A DNA stretch of 64,000 bases from contig CM007990.1 in NCBI GenBank assembly GCA_002189035.1, positions 3,534,001-3,598,000 on the forward strand, given 5' to 3'. This stretch comes from Utricularia gibba (Eukaryota > Plantae > Magnoliophyta). Shown here piece by piece: positions 14,101-26,700 of the stretch (position 1 is its first letter; each line of letters starts with the position of its first letter). Under the pieces are notes generated by a model. That model did no database searches, was not told where the DNA came from, and saw only the letters and a list, made by a program, of their open reading frames with translations. The translations under genes were made by a program, and so were the position numbers.

Positions 14101-14480
14101 GTCTAATTTTTCCATAAAATTTTGGTATAAAATTGATCATACCTGATCTTAATTCATTGATTGTCTCATCAGAAAATCTAATGCACATCTAATGCCTGGA
14201 AAATTCTAAATGTGTCGCATACCTATAAGTTTTCTCCATCAAAAAATATTTATACAATTGAACAAATAATCTACATCATATTCATGGATAAAATAATATA
14301 GTAATAGCAAGTCTAGATCGATCCACAGAAATCAAACAGTTTTCAATTGCAAGTCCTACATATAAGCGAAATTAAACTGAGGGTTTTTGTCGAGAAGTGG
14401 GTTTTTACTTTAAAGAATTAGTAAAATTCTTAAAATAGTTTCTACACTAAAAACAAACAATGAAATGAGTAGATCAACTT
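11195..14480 (-). mobile_element. Athila-like gypsy remnant (LTR/UTR, gag, RT), truncated after RT
   Basis: gag N-terminus (ELRSGMINFIPKFYG...SRAFQFTLEG, 13973-14188), RT N-terminus (MHRILLED...EIVKLHDAGII, 11841-12044) and RT C-terminus (KCHFMVKHGIILSH...VRSFLEHVGFYKKFIQNFSKI, 11270-11530). An LTR-type motif gatcgatccacag lies near 14317. Confidence 0.85.
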
Positions 14481-14543
14481 TTCTGGAAATTTTTACCAAT
14501 AATCTCTAATGGTGGAGCCTAATAGTTTAGTAGGAATAAAGAT

Positions 14544-16472
14544 TTACTGGGCCATAGGCTGATCAAGCTGCATCTGCTCAAGCCATGCATCTAAAACAGA
14601 CTGATCATCTTTTTCAATGTAATCTGCACTTCCATCAGAAGCCGTACCAGTACTTGCACTTCTTTCTTGTGAGGATTCTTTGACAAGAGAGTGAACCCAT
14701 GATAAATCAGGCTCATCCCCATTGTCACCAAGTTCAGAAGATGCTGATCTTTTGAGTCCACCTGAATCATCACACGTGGTCCAAACAGGCTGCCGGGTAG
14801 GGGATCCCCATCTCAACCAATCTGTCTCTTCTGAGGAGAAAACCGCAGTGTGAGATCCGACGTCTCTTGAGCTGAGACCATGGACCTGATGATGATTCTT
14901 TTCCTGATGCGCTGGCAATGACAGCCGAGAGATTCTGCCAGATGGTGTCTGAAGTAGAGAGTGCTCCATGTTTATGTTTGTCGGAGAAAACTTTGTTCTA
15001 ATGGGAGATAGCATGCCTTGCTGATGCTGCATGAACTGATTTAGGACTGCAGATTTGTGTGTAGGTGCCGTGGCAGATGAAGGCAAAGCTTGATCAGGAT
15101 ATCTAGGTGACGAACTCTCAGCCGGAAAAACATCATCAAGGTTTGAAGGAGTCATGGAGTGTACTGAAAGGTTTGCTGTTTTCAAACGGGACATCTCACT
15201 CACGAGGTGCTGCAGCTGTACATCAACGTCCCGGGCATTCCGAGATGCGTGCAGCCGGCTCAGCTGAAAATTAACTCCGGACAAACTCAAAGTGGGCAGG
15301 TTTTGTTGTTGTGAAGGCCTACCGGAGTTCGGCATTCCATTGTTTGAAGGTGACATGGGAGGAGTAAATAGAGAAGAAGGCATCATTGCGACCAAAGAAG
15401 GGGAACCAGGTAAAGCCACTGCTGCAAAAAAGTCCACCCCATCCGCAGCAGAGCTTGACCGAGGAGAGTGAACACCAGAACCAGTAGACAAATACAATGG
15501 ACGGAGCTCATCTTGGGTGTGGGCAAAGAAGCAAACTCTTCTACTGCAAGCAGTACCATCTTTGCAGGGGCGGGTCCTATATTGTGCTGGATGAAGCCAA
15601 GACTCGAATACTCCATGTGCATATTCACACATATCACCACGTCTGCACGCCCCTTTACGAAAATCAGAGCAAGGAACACAACGGTAGTGGAACTTTCTGG
15701 GATCCCTTCTTCGAGCATTTTCACCAGGATGCACAAATGGGCACTCAGTCCAATCATGTGAGTAGGCTCGGGAACATGGGCGAACTTTAAAAGAGAACAT
15801 CCTGAATTCATCTGTGGAGTAAATGCTGTGCTTGATATCAGGCAAGAGAGGATCAATGGGGTATTCTTTCTTCTCTCTTGCAAAAGTTACAGAAACATCA
15901 GCAAGTTTCAAGCCCTTAGAAAATGCTGTCGAATCTGGGGATTCAATACCTTGGCATGGTGAAGTGGGTGGAGAATCTGAATTTGAATTCGGTGTATCCA
16001 TCAGAGCCCCCACGTCCGGAACAAGCAGCCTTTGAAGTGAACTCTTCATAGACGGAAACTTTGGCGAGACAACAATAACGTCACAAGGGCAACAGCCATT
16101 AGAATCTGATAGGCTTGGATCTGCACCAGCTTCCATGAGCAGTTTCACGATTTCAACGGCATTCATGGTTCCACTAGATGCAGCATAGTGAAGAGCAGTA
16201 CTTTGATCAACACCACAACTTCGATTCACATCAACCTCGGGGAAAGATAACAAAACTTTCACGACACCAATACTTCCAAAAGTTGCTGCTACCATCAAGG
16301 GAGTCATTTGCTGGAGAACCATTTCACTGGAGCCCTTTTTCCGTCCATACCATAGTTCAGCCTCGTCTACGCTTGAAGGCTCACGCTCAACAAACTTCTT
16401 AAAGCCTTCTATATCATTATCGGCAGCCACCTCAAGCAAGAAACCAAGACCCTCTTTACTCGGAGTACTCAT
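14544..16472 (-). CDS. OXS2: Ankyrin-repeat tandem CCCH zinc-finger protein (RR-TZF; OXS2/TZF7-TZF8 subgroup), 642 aa, intronless CDS
   Basis: Ankyrin repeats ([21 protein letters not shown]), the RR region [22 protein letters not shown], two CCCH fingers, and C-terminal [13 protein letters not shown] and [10 protein letters not shown] motifs. In-frame stop upstream of the ATG. The symbol denotes the subgroup (OXS2/TZF7 versus TZF8 not resolved). Confidence 0.95.
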   Translation of the reverse strand: MSTPSKEGLGFLLEVAADNDIEGFKKFVEREPSSVDEAELWYGRKKGSSEMVLQQMTPLMVAATFGSIGVVKVLLSFPEVDVNRSCGVDQSTALHYAASSGTMNAVEIVKLLMEAGADPSLSDSNGCCPCDVIVVSPKFPSMKSSLQRLLVPDVGALMDTPNSNSDSPPTSPCQGIESPDSTAFSKGLKLADVSVTFAREKKEYPIDPLLPDIKHSIYSTDEFRMFSFKVRPCSRAYSHDWTECPFVHPGENARRRDPRKFHYRCVPCSDFRKGACRRGDMCEYAHGVFESWLHPAQYRTRPCKDGTACSRRVCFFAHTQDELRPLYLSTGSGVHSPRSSSAADGVDFFAAVALPGSPSLVAMMPSSLFTPPMSPSNNGMPNSGRPSQQQNLPTLSLSGVNFQLSRLHASRNARDVDVQLQHLVSEMSRLKTANLSVHSMTPSNLDDVFPAESSSPRYPDQALPSSATAPTHKSAVLNQFMQHQQGMLSPIRTKFSPTNINMEHSLLQTPSGRISRLSLPAHQEKNHHQVHGLSSRDVGSHTAVFSSEETDWLRWGSPTRQPVWTTCDDSGGLKRSASSELGDNGDEPDLSWVHSLVKESSQERSASTGTASDGSADYIEKDDQSVLDAWLEQMQLDQPMAQ

Positions 16473-19454
16473 AACTTTTAAAACCAGACACTGCGTGTAC
16501 TTGCAGCTACTTCGCAGATACCCTTACCATGGAAATACATCTGGAACATGAGAGCATCAAATCAAAGTCAGAAAACAGTTCCAGTGCTAAAAGAAAACAT
16601 CCATACTAGATCAAAGATTGAGAGTTCATAGCCCATAAATCCCAATCAGGTATGAAACAAAGCCACACGCTTAAAGGAAGATTATTTAATCTCTTCTCAA
16701 ATCGGAGCCCTGACTTCATAAATCAAGGGATTTCAGTCGATGAACTCACTCAAATCCAGAAAAAAACAGAACCCTTCTTCATCCCAAATCCGAATATAGA
16801 CAACAGATAGAAAGAAACAATCAAATCATAAAAATAAAGTAGAAGTAAACGATATCATACAAACCGTATACCCCTGCATGCCCAGGAACTCAAAATGGAA
16901 CTCACTTTGGATCGTACACTTGCATAAAACTTCAACAAAATTAAAAGCCAGAACTCACTTTGACTAAATAAAGTTTCCCGCCTACAGAGCATAACACAAA
17001 GACACGAATAGAAACGTCACCCCCTCACCTTAAAACTGTAACATGAAACAAATATAGCGAACCCATCATGAGCATCGACGAAAAGCTTGGTTCTTTTGTT
17101 AGGATACAAATACACAGTTGGAGTCAGTTTCGTCTGGAGACAAAATGATCTGATTCCATAACCTCATCTTGGATTCAAATCAGGAGTTGGACAAAAGAAG
17201 CCCCCAAAATCATCATCAATTTTCTCCGTTATTCCCTCGCATTTTCCTATGCTAACTGAGCTTTTGGTTTGTCTGTTTACTTCGTTCTTCTTCCCTCTTT
17301 GTTTCTTTCTCTCTGTGCGCCCGTCGCAACGGAAGTCACACGTATTTGTTCTGACATGGAAATAAAATAAAACATTTGGAAAAATCAGATTTTAGTCTCT
17401 GCAGTTCTATTCTGTCGTGCGGTTCCCTTTTTTTGTAATTTTTTTAATAAAACAAAAATAGACGGTTTTAAATTCTTTATAGCTTTTTTAAAGCTGCTTT
17501 ACACTGCATCTGGTGCATGCACAAATTTTCATTAAAATTGACCGGCGTCCACAAAAATTGATTTTCGGAAGTCAAATTTGTTTAATTAAAATATCCACAA
17601 TTGACTGGAATTAATTACTGTGGCAGTAAATGGTAAATAATCGAACGGGTTAGATAAATAAATTTCAAGACCATACTCTTATTATTGTTATGATTATTAT
17701 TTTACTGCGGGCGCTGGGGAGGTGGAGGGCTAGTAACTTTTGGTTAAAAGAATAATAATATAAATGGGGTCTAGGGTCATTTTCAATAATTACCTATTCC
17801 ACCACCACATCCATTTTTCTACCCTCACTCCTGACGGTAAAACCCCTAAAATTAATATCTTAACCGCCGGTCATTTTATTTTGTATTTAATGTGAAGATA
17901 GTACGACCGAGCTACTTGAAAATGGTGAAAAGTATTTTGATGTCTTTCTTTTCCCTTTATTAACGTAGCGGGTTTACGATTGATTTCTACTCCACAAATT
18001 ATTTTAATATAATTAAATTTTCTGATAAAATCAAATATAATAAAAATTATAAAATAATGTTTGGAATTCTTATATAAATTATTCATTTTTTGGAATACAA
18101 AAAATGAGAAATAGCGTTTTATAATTAATACTATGTATATTCATAGTTATTAATAATTATACTACATAAATCATTTAGATTATCAACCCTAATATATAAA
18201 TCTTATATTATATTTTATATTATAATAATATTTTCAATACACTTGTATTTGAATCACAATATAAAAAGTTGAGGTATTTTAATATTATATCATAATTTAT
18301 TCCAAACTATTATAATTGAACAAATATATCATTATTATTTATAAAAAATACAGGCATAATTCTAAATTTTGTCTCATAATTAATTTTAAAAATCAACATT
18401 AACAGAAATTTAGTTGATATTTAAGAGATTTTTTTAAATAAGAATTAATTTTCTTAAAAGATAAGTAATTTTTCAAATACAACCCCAAACATTCATCGGT
18501 TGTAATTTTATTTTTACAAGCTATATGAATCTAAATCGAATAAGCATAGTTGAACATAATTTTCGAAAAATCTTATACATTTTTTATTTTAATAAAAAAT
18601 TGAATTATAATTTGTTACATAATAATCATAACTATCTGGTAAAATACGAATCAAATAGCATATAAGAATAGACATCTAAATAACAACTGAGGAGGACAAA
18701 TGATTCAAATTTTTCGACATATGAAAGGTGAACATGAATAGATAAATCTTCCGTCCATCATGAACATAGAACTTCATACTTAAAAATATAGTACCAAATC
18801 TATTCAACACCATGCATTCATATTGAGTAAGAAAAGTTATTTTATTAGATAAATATAATATTATTTTTTATTCGTTTCTTTCTCTACAAGTAATGTTATT
18901 CAGTAAGAAAAAAAAAAGAAATTAAGCATTCAACAAATATTTTTGTAAATCATGGTATTCTACAAATTAATTTTTTGTAGTGGGCTGTTTTGAAAATTTG
19001 CTAGCCCAACCTCTTGAAGCCCAACTGTGCAGAACTGGGATGTGCCCAGAAACAGCAATACTGATTTTCATTCTTGTAGAAAGTTAAATCCCTCTTCTTT
19101 CTTGTGTCGCCGTCTTGTTTGCCGCCGCTTCGATGAAAACCGATCCGATGGCTGCCGCTTCCATACCCCGAGTCGCCCAAGTGGAAATCGGCGCAGCCAC
19201 CAGTAAGCATTGTGGTTACGAATCTGTAGTAGAATGAATTTTTCTCTCTCTATAGTTACCATGATTGTCTCGTTCTCTTTGTTTGTCCTTGATAGCTGTT
19301 CGGATTATGTGTAGAGCTCATGTTGATGAACAAGTCACGAGCTTGGCGTCGGTTCACAACTGTTTACTTCGTTGCAGAAGCTTCTGTGAATGTGGACTGC
19401 GCAGGGCACTGGATGGTTATTGAGTTTTTTTGTGCTATGGTGAAATCTATGTAA

Positions 19455-21284
19455 ATGCTTCAACTTTCACTGGAGAAGCCCACCGAGCAGCCGCGTTCAT
19501 CTCCTATCCGTGAAAGAGCACAGAATTTGCTGAACCAGAAGAGCTTTGAGTTGAATTACCGAGTGATATGTGATCACTTGGTGAAGTTCGGTAGCCAAAA
19601 GAATCTTCTCCAAGGCCAATCTTTTCACGCCCACATCATTAAAAATGCGTTTCATGTGATCCCTCTTGTTTGCCACCATTTGATCAATTTCTACTCGAAG
19701 CTGGAGCAACCATATAGATCGGAGCAAGTTTTCATTGAAGCCGGAGTTAAATCTTCACCTACTTGGAGCTCGATCATATCGAATTTCGTAAAGAATGAAC
19801 TTCCTGTTCGTGGGCTTGAGTATTTTAAGTTAATGCTGAAGAATAGTGGGACATTTCCCGATGATCATTCTTTTCCTTGTGCAACCAAAGCCTGTGCTAT
19901 GATTGGTGACACCTTTATGGGGAAATTGGTTCATTGCGTATCGGTTAAAACCGGTTTCGATGTGAATGTTTTTGTGGGAAGCTCAGTAGTGGATATGTAT
20001 GCTAAATGCGGTAAGCTGAGTGAAGCAAGGAGAATGTTCGATGAAATGTCAGAGAGGAATGTTGTTACGTGGACTTCTTTGATTTATGGCTATTCCCAGG
20101 TGGGGCAGGATGAAGAAGCATTAATGCTCTTTAAGGATGCATTCCGTGAAGATATCGATGCCAATGACTTCACTTTCTCAAGCATCATCCGGGTTTGTGG
20201 GAGTTCCACATTGCTCGGTTTAGGGAAGCAAATGCACGGACTATGCTTGAAGTTGGGCTATGATGATACTAGCTTCGTGGGGAGTTCTTTAACCTCTATG
20301 TACTCAAAAAGCGGTATCATCAGTGATGCTTATCAAGTCTTCAATGAAGCTTCTGACAAGAATTTGGGGATGTGGAATTCAATGTTGATTGCTTGTGCTC
20401 AGCATGCACGCACCAAAGATGTATTTGACCTCTTTGGTAGAATGGAAAGCACGGGTGTGAAGGCAAATTTTATCACCTTTCTCTGTATTCTCTATGCTTG
20501 TAGTCACTCTGGTTTAGTGGAGGAAGGTAGATACTATTTCAGTATGATGAATAAGCAGGGTATAGAGCCTGGAAGTGAGCATTATGCGTCGATGGTGGAC
20601 TTGCTCGGACGAGCCGGGAAATTAGATGAAGCCATGAAACTGATTGAAGAAATGCCGATCCCACCTACAGAGTCTGTATGGGGAGCTATGTTGACAGGTT
20701 GTCGAATTCACAGAAATGCAGAGTTGGCCAGCTATGTGGCAGATAAGGTGTTTGCATTAGGAGCTGTTAGCCCCGGCCTCCATGTCATGCTGTCCAACGC
20801 TTACGCAGCTGCAGGGCGATACCAGGAAGCAGCCAATGCGAGAAAGCTGCTAAGGGACCGCGGACAGAGGAAGGAAACTGGTTTGAGTTGGGTTGAGGAC
20901 GGGAACAGAGTTCACAAATTCGCTGCTGGGGACAAGCGGCATGAACTCTCAGTTCAGATATACCAGAAGCTGGATGAATTGCTGGGGGAAATGGAGCGAG
21001 CCGGTTATGTTGCAGACACAACTTACGTCTTGAAAGAAATTGGAAGGGAAGAGAAGAATGAGGCCATCAGGTATCACAGTGAGAGACTCGCCATTGCCTT
21101 TGCGCTCATCAGATTCCCTCCCAAACGGCCCATCGTGGTGATGAAGAACTTGCGCATGTGCGGCGACTGCCATGCGGCCATAAAGTCGATGTCCAAGTGC
21201 ACAGAGAGGGTGATTACTGTAAGAGACAACACTCGGTTTCATAGATTCGAGGATGGCAAGTGTTCCTGTGGTGACTACTGGTGA
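19455..21284 (+). CDS. MEF1: PLS-class PPR-E-DYW protein, orthologue of mitochondrial editing factor 1 (At5g52630), 609 aa
   Basis: Intact ORF whose segments follow recalled At5g52630 throughout (TWSSIISNF..NELP, VFVGSSVVDMYAKCG, TESVWGA, RKLLRDRG..KETGLSWVE). Deaminase motifs HSERLA and CGDCH and the terminal DYW are intact. Confidence 0.95.
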   Translation: MLQLSLEKPTEQPRSSPIRERAQNLLNQKSFELNYRVICDHLVKFGSQKNLLQGQSFHAHIIKNAFHVIPLVCHHLINFYSKLEQPYRSEQVFIEAGVKSSPTWSSIISNFVKNELPVRGLEYFKLMLKNSGTFPDDHSFPCATKACAMIGDTFMGKLVHCVSVKTGFDVNVFVGSSVVDMYAKCGKLSEARRMFDEMSERNVVTWTSLIYGYSQVGQDEEALMLFKDAFREDIDANDFTFSSIIRVCGSSTLLGLGKQMHGLCLKLGYDDTSFVGSSLTSMYSKSGIISDAYQVFNEASDKNLGMWNSMLIACAQHARTKDVFDLFGRMESTGVKANFITFLCILYACSHSGLVEEGRYYFSMMNKQGIEPGSEHYASMVDLLGRAGKLDEAMKLIEEMPIPPTESVWGAMLTGCRIHRNAELASYVADKVFALGAVSPGLHVMLSNAYAAAGRYQEAANARKLLRDRGQRKETGLSWVEDGNRVHKFAAGDKRHELSVQIYQKLDELLGEMERAGYVADTTYVLKEIGREEKNEAIRYHSERLAIAFALIRFPPKRPIVVMKNLRMCGDCHAAIKSMSKCTERVITVRDNTRFHRFEDGKCSCGDYW

Positions 21285-23577
21285 CCTGGGTTTACTTTAT
21301 ATACCCCCCGCCCACATCATCGTGTAAGGCCCAGAAGTTATTTTACATAAACAAGAAACATTCTCATTTTCAAAACTAATATATGAATCTGAAATGACTT
21401 ATTTTGTTCATTATGATTTTCATTCTCACTTTGTTTTCTCTATTTCAATTTATTTCTTTGAAGTTACTCTCCAATTTTTCATTTAGATTTCAAAGAATTG
21501 TAGTCAAATGTTTTATATGAAATATATTTATATAAAATAATTTTTCATTTTATAATCTATTATTAAACTTATAAAACATCAATTTATTTTATTTCTCAAT
21601 TTTATTCTATAATGATATTTGGAACTATGGTGTGAGTTTTATTGTATGCAGCCCACGATTTTTTTCCCTTGTAATCAAACATATTGTAAAATTATGTTCT
21701 ATTTAGTTTTACTTATCGTGATGATATCATCATCAAAACAATTAGCATTCAATCCACAATGTTCTATAAATGACCTCCATTACCCTTAAACTATAAAAGT
21801 CTTGAAAAAAACATATTTTTTCAAAAAATCACATAAAAACCTACTAATTCTATCCCCTTTGAAAAAAAGTTGAGAGTAAGTCATTCATATCAATATTTTA
21901 TTTGTGGTTAATCTTATGTCTTTGACTCATCTTTTATTTTGTTGTTTATATATATATCATAATTTTATTTGTTATCGTTTTTTGTGGAGTTTTAATCTTA
22001 TGTTTTCTTTTGATTTTCTTGTAAGATGCTATTTTTCTCTTCAATTTTTATGTAATTATTGTGATATGTGAAATTTTAGTCATGGTTGACATCACAAATA
22101 AGAATGATAGTTCTAAAATATGATAAGATAAATAATTGATGGAACATTCATAAGGGTTTGTATTGCAGAAATTAAGAAATGAAATAGACCATGAATTCAA
22201 TTGAATAAAATTGTATAAAAGAATGTAGTTACAAAATTTACTACATTATCTGATATAGCATAAACAAAATATCAATTAAAAAGTCATTGAGATACATTGA
22301 AAAAAATATTGGTTAATTTAGATAAAACTAAAAAATAAAGCATGAGGATGATTGATGCTAGAAATACAATTATTACAAATTGCAATTCATGAAAACAATA
22401 TATAATGCTAATGACCTTTTCCTTCATATTTTTATAAATATTCATATTAATTGTTACAATTGATTTATTATTTTAACTCCATTTTTAGAAATGCAAAATA
22501 TTAATTTGTTTTAAGGATTTGGAGCATGTTATTGAAGAACAATAATGAGTGATGGTTGAAAATATTATAATTATTAGAGAGTATACTGAAAATTTGGATG
22601 AATTTGGAACTTGTGACCAACAAGATCATGGGCAAACAACCTCTACTGGAATGAGTTCTAGTGAAATAAACATAGAGACATAACAAAGAATAAGGCAAAA
22701 GAGAAAAAGAAATTTGGATTCAGGGGACTTGATACTATTGACACTGAGATAAAATGACTAGATTATATGTAAGAAAAAATTTCTTATTTCACCAATAGTT
22801 GGTAAGATAATTACATTCTATAATCAATGTCATCCATTAGTGGTAAATATAATTTTCACATCATCATTTTACATTTATTTTTTTATGTATACTCATTGAA
22901 ATACAATAGTGTATTTTGAGAGTTCAAGCTTTAAGGATTTTGCTTTTTGGTTTTTTATATAGCTTAGCCAATAAAATATATCCAAGTGACCACCATTACA
23001 TGCATGCCACATGTTATCTTGCATATGTGCCATGTGTCTTCTTGAATGTACACCACATGTATGCCTTGCATGTGTGTCATATGTCGCATGCAAAATAAGT
23101 ATGAGGTGTAGAAAGAAATTTATATATGATGGAATTTAAGGTTATTTCACTCAGTTTCGGGGCAAGGAGTAGATGTTGAAATGAAAGGTTATAGTATTTA
23201 AGGTGAACATAATAGATTCAAAACATAATATTTATTATATCATACTCATACAATCCTATTAAACAAGCTACACTATTTGTACACATATCCATAACACTCT
23301 GGAAAGCATGGTTAATCATTGTACCTCTACTGACTCTCTTTATCCCCTAAAATAAATAAAAAAGTGGTCATGTTTTGAGTTTTAAAACAAGTCAAATCAA
23401 TAAAGAATATAAAGAGTTTATAAAAGAAATTTGAAGCACATTATGAGTTCTCATAACTATTTTTTCTTATTTTTCATGGTCATCTAACCTTGGACTTGCT
23501 ATCAGACTATGATAGATGAGACTTATGATGCCCTTGCCCATGATTCCACAGTCAGGAGAGCAGCCTCCTACCACAGA

Positions 23578-23647
23578 ACCACAAACTCAAACCATACATA
23601 ACATATCATATCACCACAAACTCAAACCATACATAACATATCATATC
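23578..23647. repeat. Perfect 35-bp tandem duplication
   Basis: accacaaactcaaaccatacataacatatcatatc x2 (23578-23612, 23613-23647). Confidence 0.92.
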
Positions 23648-23744
23648 TTTTTTACATAAATTTCATACTTTTTGGCCTTCTACTTATACATGATGCCTCA
23701 AACATGCTTAATATATTAGTCATAGTGCCCGTGGTACAACACGT

Positions 23745-26700
23745 TGTTGAACATATGCAAGTTGATAGAGTTATTATTAGTTTTATGATGTCCAATCTGG
23801 CAATGGGTGCAAAGGTCTCGAGATAATCTACTCCCGCTATCTGTAGATAGCCTTACACTACTGATTAGGCTTTAAGTTTGTTCAAAGTCCAATATGGATT
23901 ATATTTAACCTTGAATATCCATTTCAGTTCTGAGGGTCTTGTGTTTGGTGATTTAGGAATTGCCACCCATACATCATGCTTTTATACAGATTCGTGTTCA
24001 ATGTCCATAGAGTTCCTTCATTCTGGGAATTTCAAGGTTTCATAGACACAATTAGGTTCATGAAATAGGAGGCATCGATCAAGGACATCTTGGAGTGATC
24101 AATACCCCATTTTCAACATTTCATCTTCATGGTCACTGAGGTTGGTGCTGAGGTGATGTGGAAAGTAAACTACGTCATCCCGACATAGTTCATAATCTTC
24201 CAAATAGTTTGTACTTTTGTATGCAAAAATAAGTATAGGTCTTATGATGATATAGGGAGTATGTTGCACTAGAAGTGTATCTTCAAGATGCTAATTTAAG
24301 GCTTCATCTGAGACATCTAAATCTAGATCAGTACCTTTAGTTGTTCATACAGGTAATTGCTTAGTTTTGTCTTCTTCATTATTTGATGATATAGATACTA
24401 GTGCAAATTCCATAAGATTTTCAAATTGTTGGTAAACATCTTTCAAGTTGATTTCTTGAGTAGTGTCTTGTAAAAGCAGTGTACTTTGGAGGTGTGAAAT
24501 ATCATTTTCTTTGTTGAATGTTCCTCCTGAATCTTTTACTGCATGTGTTTGCACTTGACTTGACTCAACCATTGAGATATTTACTTCTGAGAACTCCATT
24601 TAAAAATTTTGTTGGATTGTTTAGCTGGATTGAGGTATTTGCATGGAAATAGTGATATTATTGTCTTCAAGGTTGTTTTCGAGATCAATTGAGGGGAATA
24701 GATGCAAGATTATGCTAGAGTAAATAGATTGATTTTATGTTTCCAATAGAGTATTCCTCTAATCATACACTTTGTCCTCATTCACTATCACATCACAGCT
24801 AATTTTGACTTCATTTGTATAGAGGTTTATACTTAATATGCTTTACTCGCATCAGCATATCCCAAGAATATCCTAGGTTTGGACATTTTATATCACTTGG
24901 TTCGCTTTTCTTTAGAAATATAGATATAGGATGATGAGCCAAAGATTTTTACATGATCCAAGGTAGGGACTTTATTGTACAAGAGCTAGTAGAGAGTTTT
25001 GTTGTCTTTGTGGGTAGAGGATTTAACAAATATACGGTAGTGTTCATTGCTTCTCCCCAGAATTCTCTAGGTATCCCTTTTTTATACTAGAGACACCTAA
25101 CCATATTAACTAACTTTAATTTTTCCACTCACAAATCTTATTCTATTTTGAAGTGTACGAGTTAGTAAACTGATGGATAATGCCATTACTCTCACATACA
25201 CTCTTTAGTTTTATCGACTTGTACTCACTGCTATTATCAGATTCGAGGGTGAGGATTTTGTTGCTGCCTTTGGTAAGAGATTTAATGATATTGAAGTAAT
25301 GTATCACCTCGTCTTTATGCTACAGAAGGTTTATTCATGTATACTTAGAATATTCATCTATGAATATCATATAGTATTTGTTCCTTGCCCTGATGAGTGT
25401 AGCCATAGGATCGCATACATCATTAGTGACTACCTCCAATTTGCGTTTAGAGAGGGATCTTCGATTCATTTTACATTCAAAGCAGGTCTGACATTTCCTT
25501 CTTCATCACTTAATTTGGGAATTCTTTCTGTGTGTTGTTTCTTTTTCAAGGTCAATAGAGAGGCGTAGTGATGATGACCACGTCTCTGATGCGATAGTTT
25601 GGAATTTTCAGTCACCATAAGACATACATCCTTATAGAGAGATGGCTATGAAAGTATAAGAGGGAAGATTCGATTGATCATGTCAACAATGAGTATTACA
25701 TTATTGTCAGCATCTCGTATAGTGCATTTGTTGTTTTCCAAGTGAACTTTGAGTCCCTTCTCAATCATTTGACCCGAACTCAATAGGTTGTGAGATATGC
25801 TCGAAACCAAGTAAGCATCATAGATTTTCACCAATTTGTGCTCAATTTCAATGCAAATGGTTCCTATGCCCAGACAAGTATAAGCTTCCCACCTTCAATC
25901 TCAATAAATTTATCAAAAAGATCTGAAATATATGAGAATATGCTTTCATCATTTGTTAGGTGATGGTTGCAGCCACTTTCGATTAGCCATATTGCTTGTT
26001 TTCGAAGATATGTGAATGAGGTAATTAGAGTGTTTTGGCACAATGGGTAAAGATCAATTTTTTTCTTATTAACCTCTTAAGCAATAGATACATTATAAAT
26101 AGAGCTAACTAATTTGTCCATATGATCAATAGCCTTTCCTCCCGATTGATGATATTTCTTCAGAGGACATAACTCGATCAACATAACCTTAAGCAAGCAG
26201 TAGGTGCAACTTGTGTCTAAATTATAGAAGCATTGTGATGGTAGGTGACCTTTCTGTTTGCAAAAAGTGTAGGGAGCACCATCAATATTTTTTTTCATAT
26301 TTAATAGAAACAAATATTGGAGGTTGAGAGGTTTCATCAAAATACTTCTTCGTGGGAAATCTGGTCTCTTGCACTTTGAAGACCATTTCCAAAACATCTG
26401 GAGAATCTTGAGTTAAGGTTTCACTTCCATTCCTTTCAATCCTTGTAGAAGTTATTTGAAGCTCATAGAGTGAATACGTCTATTGAACTTGAAAGGAGCA
26501 AGAGCATGTTCATATTGAGGAGGTACTACACTGATATGTTTTGTGCATAATTGGACGTCTTCAATATTTTTATCTAAATGTGTAAATCCAGAAAAAACAT
26601 TTATAGTTTGTTAGAAAAACTAGAAATTGACTAACTTAGAAGAATTTTCAACGTCTCATATTGCTTCCACAATGAAGATTTTCTATTAGTGCGGTTTGAG

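Noticed and set aside
15383-16402. Several 70-166 aa ORFs overlapping the TZF gene
   Set aside because: Alternative-frame or antisense shadows of a genuine CDS, with no recognisable domains.
22760-23160. catgtg-rich quasi-palindrome, possible MITE core
   Set aside because: Terminal inverted repeats are too weak to define an element.
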